Source: Saprospiraceae bacterium
Lineage (GTDB): Bacteria > Bacteroidota > Bacteroidia > Chitinophagales > Saprospiraceae
Reading direction: 5' to 3'
DNA: 64,000 nt
Assembly: GCA_043748345.1 (NCBI GenBank)
Contig: JAYTNJ010000086.1
Coordinates: 7,259 to 71,258, forward strand
In this document: positions 1-9,062 of the stretch, one piece after another
How the letters are laid out: each line of letters starts with the position of its first letter
Position numbering within the stretch: position 1 is the stretch's first letter
Position numbers and translations under genes: made by a program
The notes under the pieces: model-generated
What the model was told of the DNA's origin: nothing
The model's database searches: none
What the model saw: only the letters and a program-made list of their open reading frames with translations

Positions 1-267
1 TTAATTTAGATTTGTATTTGTGAAATATCCAAAGAAATGTTTAGAAATATAAACGATAGTGGCAACTCTTGATAGTGCAAACAATGAACACAGAGACTAT
101 TAGATAAGAACAAATAACCAATAAAGAAACAATTTTGACGCAAATTTAATATTAGTTTGTTTTAATTTTACCCACTTTTTTTGCCTTCTGAATCTAACGA
201 AAAAATCCTGTAAATGCGGTTATCACATAATTTTATAATTTGATAAATTAGAACTAAATAATCCGGT

Positions 268-3198
268 TTAGTTTGCAGGAATATAAATATCAAATGATGC
301 TCCTTTTTTTAACTCACCCTTTGCAGTGATAAGACCATTGTGATTTTCAACTATTTTTTTAACTATGGCAAGTCCAATGCCAGTACCTGCATATATTTCT
401 TTACCGTGCAGTTTTTGAAATACACCAAAAATACGTTCACTGAAATGGGGTTCGAAACCGATACCATTGTCCTTAACTGTGATATGAAAATAATCTTTTC
501 CTTCTGTAAGTTTTTCATTATTGAGTTTGTTGCCTTTTACAATTCTGTTCGTTATTATTATATGTGATGGTATTTCTGGATTGGAAAACTTGAGTGCGTT
601 ACTTACTAGATTGTACATGAGTTGTCTAAACTGAAAAGCTATAAGGTTTTGAGAGCCAAGTTCGCCGATTTCAATGGTTGCGTTTTTTTCAAAGATAGTG
701 TCCTTTAGTTCGATTTTGACTTCTTCAATAATTTGATTGAGTTCTGTTTTTTCAAATTTTAGTTCTGTGGTAGCAACGCGTGAAAAAGCGAGTAAATCAT
801 CAATAAGTTGCTGCATTCTTCCTGCTGCTAACTGCATTCTTTCAAAATTATACTTTCCATTTTCAGAGAGGTTATTATTCTCGTTTTCGAGAATGATGCT
901 AACGAAAGTCTGTATTTTTCTTAATGGCTCCTGTAAATCATGGCTTGATATATAAGTAAATGCCATTAACTCCTTGTTAGCAATAATTAATTCTTCTGCA
1001 CGCATTTCCTTTTCATTATTTTGGAATTCAAGTTCTTTGTTGGCAATAACTAACTCGGCTGCCCGTTTTTCTTTTTCATTGTTTTGGAATGCAAGTTCTT
1101 TGTTGGCAATAACCAACTCGGCTGCCCGTTTTTCCTTTTCATCATTTTGGAATGCAAGTTCTTTATTAGCTACTCCTAACTCAGTTGCTCGTTTTTCTTT
1201 TTCATGATTTTGGAAAGCAAGTTCTTTATTGGCTACTCCTAACTCAGTTGCTCGTTTTTCTTTTTCATCATTTTGGAAGGCAAGTTCTTTGTTGGCAATA
1301 CCCAACTCGATTGCCCGTTTTTCCTTTTCATTATTTTGGAAAGCAAGCTCAATATTTGCTGCTGTTAATTGCTCTTCAGATTCTTTTCGTTTGGTAATAT
1401 CTACCCGTATTGCGAGATATTGATAAGGTTTCCCCTGTTCATTAATAAAGGGAACTATAGTAGTATCCACCCAATAAAAGGTGCCATCTTTAGCTTTGTT
1501 TTTTATTTCTCCTTTCCATATTTTTCCTTTGGCTATTGTTACCCATAAATCACGTATAAACTCTTTGGGATGATAACCAGAATTAAGTATTTGGTGGTCT
1601 TGACCGATCAGCTCGTCTTCGCTGTATTTTGATATTTTACAAAAATTGCTATTTGCTTTTCTGATAATCCCTTTTTGGTCTGTAAGTGCAATTATGGTTG
1701 TTTCATCCAAAGCATCTTTATAATCGGACACTTCCTTTAGACTATCCTTCAAGAGTCTTTCCGATTGATTAAGTTCCTGATTGGCAATACCTAATTCTGC
1801 CGCCCGTTTTTCTTTTTCGTCATTTTGGAATGCAAGTTCCTTATTTGCAATGCCTAACTCTGAGGCTCGTTTTTCTTTTTCGTCATTTTGAAATTCAAGT
1901 TCCTTATTTGCGATACCTAACTCTGCTGCACGTTTTTCTTTTTCGTCATTTTGAAATTCAAGTTCCTTATTTGCGATGCCTAATTCTGCGGCACGTTTTT
2001 CTTTTTCGTCATTTTGAAATTCAAGTTCCTTATTTGCGATGCCTAATTCAGCCGCACGCTTTTCCTTTTCATCATTTTGAAAAGCAAGCTCTTTGTTAGC
2101 AACGCCTAACTCTGTTGCTCTCTTTTCCTTCTCATCATTTTGAAATGCGAGTTCTTTGTTAGCAACGCCTAACTCTGTTGCTCTCTTTTCCTTCTCATCA
2201 TTTTGGAATGCGAGTTCTTTGTTGGCAATAGCTAATTCAGCCGCACGTTTTTCTTTTTCATCGTTTTGGAATGCAAGTTCTTTGTTGGCAATTGCTAATT
2301 CAGCTGCCCTTTTTTCTTTTTCATCGTTTTGGAATGCGAGTTCTTTGTTGGCAATCGCTAATTCGGCCGCCCGTTTTTCTTTTTCATCGTTTTGAAAAGC
2401 GAGCTCTTTGTTTGCAACTCGTGTATCTTTTGCCCATTTTTGCTCTGTAACATCTCTGGCTGCAGCAAAAACCCCAATGACATTCCCTTTGCTATCCTTA
2501 AACACGGATGCATTGTATAAGACATCCGTTAAATTACCATTTTTGTGTTTAATAGTTAAAGGATAATCAGATACGAAACCTTTCTCAAAAACTTGCTCAT
2601 AACCTTCTTGCGCTTTTTTGGGTTCTGTAAAATAATTTGAGAAATCGGTGTCGATAAGATTTTCGCGTGAAATGCCAGTAACTTTTATGGATGCCTCGTT
2701 GACGTCAGTTATCTTTCCTGAGGCGCTAATGGTCACAAGTGGGTCTAAGCTTGCCTCGATCAGACATCGGGCATACTGAGATGCTTGTTTTTGTGATGTA
2801 ACATCACGAATTGATGCGAAAACTCCCAGAATATTGCCCCTGTCGTCCTTATATCCTGAAGCATTGTATAAAACGTCTGTTAGCTTTCCAGTTTCATGTT
2901 TTACAGTAAGATGATAATTTACTATAAAGCCTTTTTGAAGGACTTCTAAATAGCCTTTATGAGCTTTTTGGGGCTCTGTAAAATAGGTTGCGAAGTCGGT
3001 ATTTAGGAGATTTTCTCTTTCGATGCCTGTAATACTTATCAATGCATCATTTACATCCATTACCTTCCCATCGCTATTTATTGTAACGAGTGGGTCCAAA
3101 CTTGCCTCAATTAAAGTTCTGGCATAATTGGTTTTCTGAATCTCCATTTCCATTTTATTTCTGAAGGAATTATAAAAATATTTAATATTAATGTTCAT
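268..3198 (-). CDS. Multi-PAS sensor histidine kinase (PAS-PAS-[repeat array]-PAS-[repeat array]-HisKA-HATPase)
   Basis: 976-aa ORF. Two near-duplicate PAS modules (LIEASLDPLVTI...DVLYNAS...GVFA..RDVT) and a third PAS (DELIGQDHQILNSGYHP...WVDTTIVP). H-box FTYISSHDLQEPL. HATPase_c boxes (NALKFS, DNGIGF, GTGIGLAIVKKIV). ATGA start/stop overlap with the upstream receiver gene. Confidence 0.92.
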   Translation of the reverse strand: MNINIKYFYNSFRNKMEMEIQKTNYARTLIEASLDPLVTINSDGKVMDVNDALISITGIERENLLNTDFATYFTEPQKAHKGYLEVLQKGFIVNYHLTVKHETGKLTDVLYNASGYKDDRGNILGVFASIRDVTSQKQASQYARCLIEASLDPLVTISASGKITDVNEASIKVTGISRENLIDTDFSNYFTEPKKAQEGYEQVFEKGFVSDYPLTIKHKNGNLTDVLYNASVFKDSKGNVIGVFAAARDVTEQKWAKDTRVANKELAFQNDEKEKRAAELAIANKELAFQNDEKEKRAAELAIANKELAFQNDEKEKRAAELAIANKELAFQNDEKEKRATELGVANKELAFQNDEKEKRATELGVANKELAFQNDEKEKRAAELGIANKELEFQNDEKEKRAAELGIANKELEFQNDEKEKRAAELGIANKELEFQNDEKEKRASELGIANKELAFQNDEKEKRAAELGIANQELNQSERLLKDSLKEVSDYKDALDETTIIALTDQKGIIRKANSNFCKISKYSEDELIGQDHQILNSGYHPKEFIRDLWVTIAKGKIWKGEIKNKAKDGTFYWVDTTIVPFINEQGKPYQYLAIRVDITKRKESEEQLTAANIELAFQNNEKEKRAIELGIANKELAFQNDEKEKRATELGVANKELAFQNHEKEKRATELGVANKELAFQNDEKEKRAAELVIANKELAFQNNEKEKRAAELVIANKELEFQNNEKEMRAEELIIANKELMAFTYISSHDLQEPLRKIQTFVSIILENENNNLSENGKYNFERMQLAAGRMQQLIDDLLAFSRVATTELKFEKTELNQIIEEVKIELKDTIFEKNATIEIGELGSQNLIAFQFRQLMYNLVSNALKFSNPEIPSHIIITNRIVKGNKLNNEKLTEGKDYFHITVKDNGIGFEPHFSERIFGVFQKLHGKEIYAGTGIGLAIVKKIVENHNGLITAKGELKKGASFDIYIPAN
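966..1365 (-). repeat. In-frame 60-bp tandem repeat array 2 (~6.7 units), same unit family
   Basis: Six full 20-aa units (ANIELAFQNNEKEKRAIELGI ... ANKELEFQNNEKEMRAEELII) plus a final ANKEL that runs straight into the HisKA H-box helix. Confidence 0.95.
1786..2415 (-). repeat. In-frame 60-bp tandem repeat array 1 (~10.5 units) encoding ANKELAFQNDEKEKRAAELGI
   Basis: A head-to-tail 60-bp periodicity is directly visible. It translates to 10 full 20-aa units plus a partial ANQELNQSE unit, lying between PAS2 and PAS3 of the kinase. Confidence 0.95.
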
Positions 3199-3668
3199 TT
3201 TTCTAATTTGATCACAAAATTTTCTTCTTTCGGTTGAGTAATATTTCCATTATTGTCAGTAGGAAGTGTTGTTGACATTAAACCAAGTGTTTGGTGAATT
3301 ATTTTTTTAAATTGTGCAAATTCAGAGGGTTTTCGAATGAAATATTGTGCTCCATGCTGATAAAGTTGGGACACCATCCCTTGTTCAAAGGAAGTGGAGT
3401 AAATGACTACAGGGAGTTGTTTTAATTTTTCATTACATTTTATTTCTGATAAACATTCAAAACCGTTTTTACGCGGCATATTTAAATCGAGAAATAGAAC
3501 GTGAGGCAGTTTATTGGTTTCATTAGTAAGGTATTGCATTAATTGTTCCCCGTCATGGACGGCTTTAAAATTTCCGGGTAGTAGCAATTCTTTCACTGCT
3601 TGATTAAAAAACACACAATCATCAATGTCGTCATCTGCAAGTAGGATATTGAGTTGATTTAAATTCAT
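3195..3668 (-). CDS. Stand-alone response regulator receiver protein (CheY-like, no output domain)
   Basis: LLADDDIDDC acidic pocket, phospho-acceptor Asp in FLDLNMPRKNG, conserved T/S (YSTS) and Lys (IRKP). 157 aa, so there is no room for an output domain. Confidence 0.9.
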   Translation of the reverse strand: MNLNQLNILLADDDIDDCVFFNQAVKELLLPGNFKAVHDGEQLMQYLTNETNKLPHVLFLDLNMPRKNGFECLSEIKCNEKLKQLPVVIYSTSFEQGMVSQLYQHGAQYFIRKPSEFAQFKKIIHQTLGLMSTTLPTDNNGNITQPKEENFVIKLEK

Positions 3669-3692
3669 GTGTAAAAATTTTATTATAATTCG

Positions 3693-4160
3693 CTAGTATG
3701 AAGACTGTTTAGTATTTTCTGCATTAAGGATATATTTTAATGGTTTGTTTGTAAATATTTTTTCTAAGGCTAATGGAATTGCATGATGGATGACCTGTTT
3801 GAGTTGTGCAAAATCACTTGGTTTGTGAATGTAAACATGTGCCCCACTCTTGAAAAGCATGTTTATAGTGTCCCACGAGTTGGATGTTGAAAACATTATT
3901 ACGGAAAGTTCTTTAAACAGGTTATTTTGTCTTATTTCTTTCAAACATTCTAAACCATTTTTACGCGGCATATTGATGTCAAGAAATAGAAAAGTAGGAA
4001 GATGCTCTGAATTTTCAAGCAGATAACTCATTAGTTGTTCCCCATCATTCACTATAGCAAGTTGCGATGATACTGCTACTTCTTTCAATGCTTCTTTGAA
4101 AAAATAACAGTCGTCAGCATCGTCATCAGCAAGTAATACATTAAGATTTTTATAAGTCAT
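3693..4160 (-). CDS. Stand-alone response regulator receiver protein (paralogue)
   Basis: LLADDDADDC, FLDINMPRKNG, FSTS, IHKP. Collinear with the neighbouring receiver. Confidence 0.9.
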   Translation of the reverse strand: MTYKNLNVLLADDDADDCYFFKEALKEVAVSSQLAIVNDGEQLMSYLLENSEHLPTFLFLDINMPRKNGLECLKEIRQNNLFKELSVIMFSTSNSWDTINMLFKSGAHVYIHKPSDFAQLKQVIHHAIPLALEKIFTNKPLKYILNAENTKQSSY

Positions 4161-4228
4161 AAATTCTAAGTTTTATTGATTAAAATATTAAAATATTTTA
4201 AGATGTTTTGATTGTCCGATGACAAATT

Positions 4229-4678
4229 TCATTCATCTCTTTTTAATGATTTATTTGCTATAACTGCGATAAGAGCCTGGTGAATGCTATCTTTAAACTG
4301 TTCAATATCAGCTAGTTTTCGAATGTATTTCTGTGCCCCGATATTTAATAGGGTATTAGTCAAACTTTGCTCATAATTGCTGTTTTGTCCAAAAGATATA
4401 GTAAATACAATTACATTAAGGCTTTTTAGTCTTTCATCTTCTTTTATTTCGTTTAAGCATTCAAATCCGGTTTTTTTTGGCATACTTAAATCAAGAAAGA
4501 GAATATCTGGAAGATTATTCAAATTTTTCTCCAAATAATTCATAAGTGCCTCTCCATCATAAACAGTTGTAAGATGTGTTGAAAGTGGTATTTCCTTTAA
4601 AGCTTTATTAAAGAAAAAACGGTCATCAGTATCATCTTCAGCAAGAAGGATTTGAAGCGGGGGTTGCAAATGATTCAT
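4229..4678 (-). CDS. Stand-alone response regulator receiver protein (more divergent paralogue)
   Basis: LLAEDDTDDR, FLDLSMPKKTG, IRKL. Same architecture but a diverged C-terminal half. Confidence 0.85.
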   Translation of the reverse strand: MNHLQPPLQILLAEDDTDDRFFFNKALKEIPLSTHLTTVYDGEALMNYLEKNLNNLPDILFLDLSMPKKTGFECLNEIKEDERLKSLNVIVFTISFGQNSNYEQSLTNTLLNIGAQKYIRKLADIEQFKDSIHQALIAVIANKSLKRDE

Positions 4679-5531
4679 AAAATCTAAAATTGATATTCTT
4701 AAAAACTATTTACAAAGTGGTTATGTAGCATAAAAGTGATTTATAATATTTTATTTTAATCATAGCGATCAATTTCTGCAATGAGAACTCATACGCCAAC
4801 GCCAGTTTGAACTAATAAATCAGGCGAAAGTACTAATCCTTATGCCTTATGAGATTGCACAACTATTGCAAAAAGTTACATTATTCACACTTTTAAGCGT
4901 TGCAACTTATGTTTTAAGAAGAAAGTATTGATTTTCCTCATTGGAAATTTAGTATTTGGTAGATAAAAATAAATTTAAACTTATAGTTTTTTTAAAGACT
5001 ATTTGAAAGAGATCAAAACTCTGGAACCGATAAACCAAGGGCGAGTGGTATTATCCTATCTTTTTTTGTTAACCATTTTGCGTTTACTCATGTATATATT
5101 AAGATTTACACACCGCAAGTTTATGTAAGCACATTTGTCGCATTGACATCGAGGTTAAGAATTTATTTTGCATCAAAATAGATTTCAAAATTTCCTGTCA
5201 AACCACTTTATGGTGCAAATATCGAAAGGCAATGGGGCTGAACAAAAAAGTAAAACGACAATTTAGATAGCTTTAGGTGAGTGTACAGGAGAGAAACGAG
5301 GGTGCACCAACTATGAAGCTTAGTAAATATGAAACCCCTTAAAAATGGTACACCAATTTTAGTTTTAGGTCTGAACTGAGAGACACATCTCGCAGAGTGG
5401 TGTAAAATTAATGGGATTAACTACTTTCATGGTTTACTCATTCAGCTATGAAGCCAAGATGACTTAATTAGCATGTTGCAGTTCATAGTCAGAAGCAATA
5501 AAATCGTAATAACAATTGAAGGGGAAAAGGT

Positions 5532-5596
5532 CTAGTGCTTTATCCAGATAAAGAACTTAATGAAATGTGGTTCTTTATCTGAACAGAGAGCACTAG
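5532..5596 (-). terminator. Long imperfect hairpin downstream of the TonB-dependent receptor gene
   Basis: ctagtgct..cagataaagaac (5532-5556) pairs with gttctttatctg..agcactag (5570-5596), giving 8-bp and 12-bp stems around an internal loop. It starts 20 nt after the stop codon. The trailing U-run on the minus strand is short (tttt). Confidence 0.4.
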
Positions 5597-5616
5597 TATT
5601 GTTTAAGTCCTACTCC

Positions 5617-7842
5617 TCAAAACAAATATGTCACCTTTCCCTTCACAAAAAAAGGAGCACCTGGTGTGAAATGAATCTCTTCTACTGGTGCAATTTCATT
5701 TTTTAATTTTGACTCTGTGGCAAATTGTGTTTCATTCCACTTAGTATTCAACAAGTTATTGATTTCAAGCCCTAGCATGATTTTTCTGAAGGTATAATTG
5801 ACATTAAAATCAATGACAGTATAACCATTTGCAACGATTGAATTGTCCTCATTGGCTGCTCGATCTCCTAGGTGCCTGTACCTTAATCCACCAGTAATAG
5901 ATTTTATCGGATGGAAAGAAAAGCCTCCGGTATTGGTAAATGTAGGTGCCAGAGGAATGTAATTTGCTCCTTCAGCATCGTCGATACTTCGAGGATTCGC
6001 CAGATTCAAATCTGAATAAATAAAAAGCCATTGGGTAGGTTGATATCTCATCCCAAGGTCAATGCCCTGACGTCGAGATCTGCCGCTGGGCTCCACTATA
6101 CCTGCATCACCAACATAGACAAACTCCTGATTCAAATGTAGAAACCACACAGCAGCGTTTATGATCAGACTTCTGTGCGGTTTGAAAATACCTCCAAGAT
6201 CCAGCCCATAAGCTCCTGGAAGAATAAGTTGTGCCTGATTTTCGGTCACTACCCTTGTATCATTGGAATGGAATCCTTTCCCAAATTTTGCATACAACTG
6301 GGTGCGAGTGTTAAAGGTATATTGAATATTGATTTTAGGGCTAATAGTTGAAGTAGCTTTGGATTTCTTGTCGTAGAGCGTACTCAAAATATTTTCATAG
6401 TTGAAACTAAAATAGTCAGCTCTGACACCGGCATTCAACCACCATCGGCCGGAAGTAAAACTAACATCTGCATATCCAAACATATTGGTTTCATCAATAT
6501 TACCTAAGGCCATACGCATCAACGTTGTTTTACGGTTGAGCGTATTTGATAATTCTACATCATTGACATCATCGTATCTCATGCCCGTCCCTACTTTAAA
6601 TAATAGGTCATAATCATGATGATTATTTATCTTAAAATTTAGTTCAGTATCAAAACCATAGATATTCCTTTTTTCCTTCTGTCTGATTTGATCACCATTA
6701 ATAGAGTCTGTGAGGAAGAATGTAAAATTGGAATACAAAAGAAAATCATATGTACTTACATAGGCATTGGTTTTTACAAAATGGTCATCATCGATATATT
6801 TTGTATAATTAAGTACTACATTTGAACGCGATGTATTGCCTCCTTCCGTATCATCAATAGATCCAAAACGTCCTATGGACCTATTGGCTATTGCCCGTTC
6901 CGGTACTTGTCCGGATGCATCCCAGCGACTGCTAAATCTGGATGCCCACAGAGACAGTTTATCATTGCTCGCCATCCTTTTTGTGTATTTGGCAAAAATA
7001 TTAAACCTATTGAAAGCTTGAGAAGATTCGAATGGGCCATCAGTCAGATTATACTCAGTAGCTATATAGGCTGATTCTGATGGAGTCGATAAAAGATTAA
7101 CCAAACCTGCAGTGCGACGGGTATTAAAACTACCATATTCTGTTGAAAAAAAAGAATTTTGGGGACTATCTTTTGTCTTAAACGATACGTATCCTGCAGT
7201 GGCCAGATTGCCTTTGTCAGTATCGTACGGGCCTTTGCCGTAAGTAATCTGATCTATAATTTCTGGCATTATGAAGTGCATATCTGCATATCCTTGTCCG
7301 TGAGCATGCGAAACCATGTTTACCGGTAACCCATCGATAGCAATGTTGATGTCTGTACCATGGTCTATGTCAAATCCACGCAATAATATTTGTTCTGCCT
7401 TGCCACCACCAGCATGTTGACCAATGATAAGGCCCGGTACTCTCCGGAGCAATTCCTGAGCATTGTTTACGGGATTGCTTTGGATATCAATTTTAGAAAG
7501 AATTTTTAGTGCCTGACTTTGAGGGCTAATAGTCACCTGATCCAAATCAATACTCTTATCGATCATCAATATAGAAAGTATTGATTCAACATTATCATTA
7601 TTTATGACCATAGAGACACTTTCAAAGGACATATGTGAAATAAGTAATGTATCGCCGTTTTGAATATTGTTAATTTCAAACCTTCCCCTGTCATCACTAT
7701 GTGTATGTACATTATATCTTGGGATGTTGATATTGGCGTTTTCTATCGTTTTTCCCTGTAGATCTCTGAGAATACCTTTGATGGGTTGTGCACTTACCCT
7801 GGTAGATAGCAAGGTGAACAGAAAGAAGTAAACATACTTCAT
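5617..7842 (-). CDS. TonB-dependent outer-membrane receptor with CarboxypepD_reg-like N-terminal domain
   Basis: Signal peptide, N-terminal carboxypeptidase-regulatory-like fold (GILRDLQGKTIENANI), plug motifs (LLRRVPGL, ILLRGFD, IDGLPVN), a long beta-barrel and a C-terminal aromatic residue (..VTYLF). Confidence 0.9.
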   Translation of the reverse strand: MKYVYFFLFTLLSTRVSAQPIKGILRDLQGKTIENANINIPRYNVHTHSDDRGRFEINNIQNGDTLLISHMSFESVSMVINNDNVESILSILMIDKSIDLDQVTISPQSQALKILSKIDIQSNPVNNAQELLRRVPGLIIGQHAGGGKAEQILLRGFDIDHGTDINIAIDGLPVNMVSHAHGQGYADMHFIMPEIIDQITYGKGPYDTDKGNLATAGYVSFKTKDSPQNSFFSTEYGSFNTRRTAGLVNLLSTPSESAYIATEYNLTDGPFESSQAFNRFNIFAKYTKRMASNDKLSLWASRFSSRWDASGQVPERAIANRSIGRFGSIDDTEGGNTSRSNVVLNYTKYIDDDHFVKTNAYVSTYDFLLYSNFTFFLTDSINGDQIRQKEKRNIYGFDTELNFKINNHHDYDLLFKVGTGMRYDDVNDVELSNTLNRKTTLMRMALGNIDETNMFGYADVSFTSGRWWLNAGVRADYFSFNYENILSTLYDKKSKATSTISPKINIQYTFNTRTQLYAKFGKGFHSNDTRVVTENQAQLILPGAYGLDLGGIFKPHRSLIINAAVWFLHLNQEFVYVGDAGIVEPSGRSRRQGIDLGMRYQPTQWLFIYSDLNLANPRSIDDAEGANYIPLAPTFTNTGGFSFHPIKSITGGLRYRHLGDRAANEDNSIVANGYTVIDFNVNYTFRKIMLGLEINNLLNTKWNETQFATESKLKNEIAPVEEIHFTPGAPFFVKGKVTYLF

Positions 7843-7924
7843 TGGATTCAGAATTTATATTGTAAATAAATAACCTAGTATACTATGGTGTATATACGAT
7901 GTATTAGGCTGAATTGGATTTAAA

Positions 7925-8144
7925 AAATTATACGAAAAAAAAGAGTACGCCTAAGCACAAGACAGTCTCTTCAAAATAAAACCCAAGAATATAAGGGACT
8001 CCCGGAACTTCTATATTGACTAGATTTTTACTATTTTTATAGATTTTTCATAAAATATATTTCCGGCTTTGATAAAGTAAATACGAAAAGCAAATGCCGT
8101 CATATCTATAGTCAATTCGGGCTCTGATACTTTTTTTGGATAGC
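7925..8144. repeat. Direct repeat copy A (terminator region plus 3' end of a T9SS C-terminal-domain coding sequence)
   Basis: Aligns by eye with 9063-9284, roughly nine of ten positions identical with one or two 1-nt indels. Confidence 0.85.
8020..8144 (-). pseudogene. Orphan 3' fragment of a T9SS C-terminal sorting domain gene
   Basis: The reverse strand reads ..SKKVSEPELTIDMTAFAFRIYFIKAGNIFYEKSIKIVKI*. This parallels the C-terminus of the 1168-aa protein (..SKKVSDAELTVDMTAFASGIYFIQAGNIFYKKSIKIVKI*). No upstream ORF body is present. Confidence 0.75.
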
Positions 8145-8375
8145 CTTAATAAAAATTTAGGGGCAACAAAGAATTTTTATTACAATTGTAGTCAAGAGTT
8201 CAAGCAGCACTTTGAAAACTCAATTGAATCAAGATACAATAATACTTCTGAAATATTTTTACAGACACCTCGAGTTGTTTGTGAGTAATCGATTTGATCT
8301 TCTTCATCTTTAGCGATTTTATATTTTGTTTTATCCGGTGCGTAAACATCATTATCAGCCAATAAAAATTATTCG

Positions 8376-8703
8376 TTACAAATAATCTTTTAACAGTTCT
8401 TTGATTTCCTTGTCTGAGAGACTGTCGATTTCTCCTTTATTATAAATTGATATTAAGAAAATCATTCTATCAATAATTTTTACAAATGTAATAACTCTTT
8501 CTCCTCCAGATTTACCTTTGTTTTTTTGAAGCAATAGAAAGTCGAATTTTATAAACATCATTCCCCAAATGCATACCCATGGTTGGGTTTTCAATTAGTT
8601 CTTTTCCAAGACCTTCAATCTCAAAAAGAAGAGAAGGGAATTTTTCAATTAACTTTTTAGCTTCCTTTTTGAAATTTTTAGTGATTTCAATTCTATAACT
8701 CAT
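8376..8703 (-). pseudogene. RelE/ParE-family toxin, split by a frameshift in a homopolymer run
   Basis: ORFs 8512-8703 (MSYRIEITKNF...IRLSIASKKQR) and 8376-8594 (..KNKGKSGGERVITFVK...IYNKGEIDSLSDKEI) are the N- and C-halves of one RelE/ParE-like toxin (KGKSGG.RVI motif). They join if the T7 run at 8521-8527 is one base shorter. Confidence 0.75.
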
Positions 8704-8916
8704 TTAGCTCATTTAGAAAATCACTTAAAGATGTGGTTTTGAGCTTACCTTTCTTAATCAATTGCATTTCTTTAAATCCTGCCTTGATATTTTCTATTAT
8801 CTCTTCTTTAGTAGGTTCTTCATCTGTTTCAATTTTTTAACATAATTCAAGTTCCTAGCCAATTCTACAAAGTGACTATATTCTTTATCGTTAGTATAGA
8901 TGGTTACTTGTCTCAT
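8693..8916 (-). pseudogene. Putative cognate antitoxin, also frameshifted in a homopolymer run
   Basis: The minus strand reads MRQVTIYTNDKEYSHFVELARNLNYVKK, then after the run at 8833-8838 a second frame reads (I)ETDEEPTKEEIIENIKAGFKEMQLIKKGKLKTTSLSDFLNELNEL*. One extra base in the run restores a ~74-aa ORF. Its stop overlaps the toxin ATG by 11 nt, which is typical TA coupling. Confidence 0.6.
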
Positions 8917-9062
8917 ATTTACTGAAAATTGTCTGTAGAAAGCTATTAAATACTTTAGTGCAAAGATAAAGGTTTTTTTATAAAGATATGGTCAATAAAA
9001 ACCCAAATCAAAAAACCATATTATTTCAATTTAACCAAAAGTAGAGCAGTGACTTGGATTTA

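Noticed and set aside
340-955. Plus-strand ORFs 340-567 and 737-955.
   Set aside because: They lie antisense within the HATPase/HisKA region of the kinase gene, and nothing supports them.
974-2395. Five plus-strand ORFs of 64-89 aa (for example 974-1207, 1830-2099, 2156-2395) with repetitive peptide sequences.
   Set aside because: They lie antisense to the kinase repeat arrays and merely inherit the 60-bp periodicity. The minus-strand frame is continuous with PAS and HisKA domains on both sides, so these are repeat-induced shadow ORFs.
966-2415. Regular short-period repeats that could be mistaken for a CRISPR array.
   Set aside because: The units are head-to-tail with no unique spacers. The period is exactly 60 bp (20 codons), and the arrays are in frame within a long CDS. 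No cas genes or leader are present.
5233-5330. A tmRNA-like beginning (ggggctgaac...aaaacgacaatttagatagctttag), reminiscent of the 5' end and tag region of ssrA.
   Set aside because: No tRNA-like 3' end (T-arm GGTTCGAATCC-type sequence or terminal CCA context) was found downstream, and no convincing tag ORF ending in ..ALAA. The resemblance is limited to a few bases.
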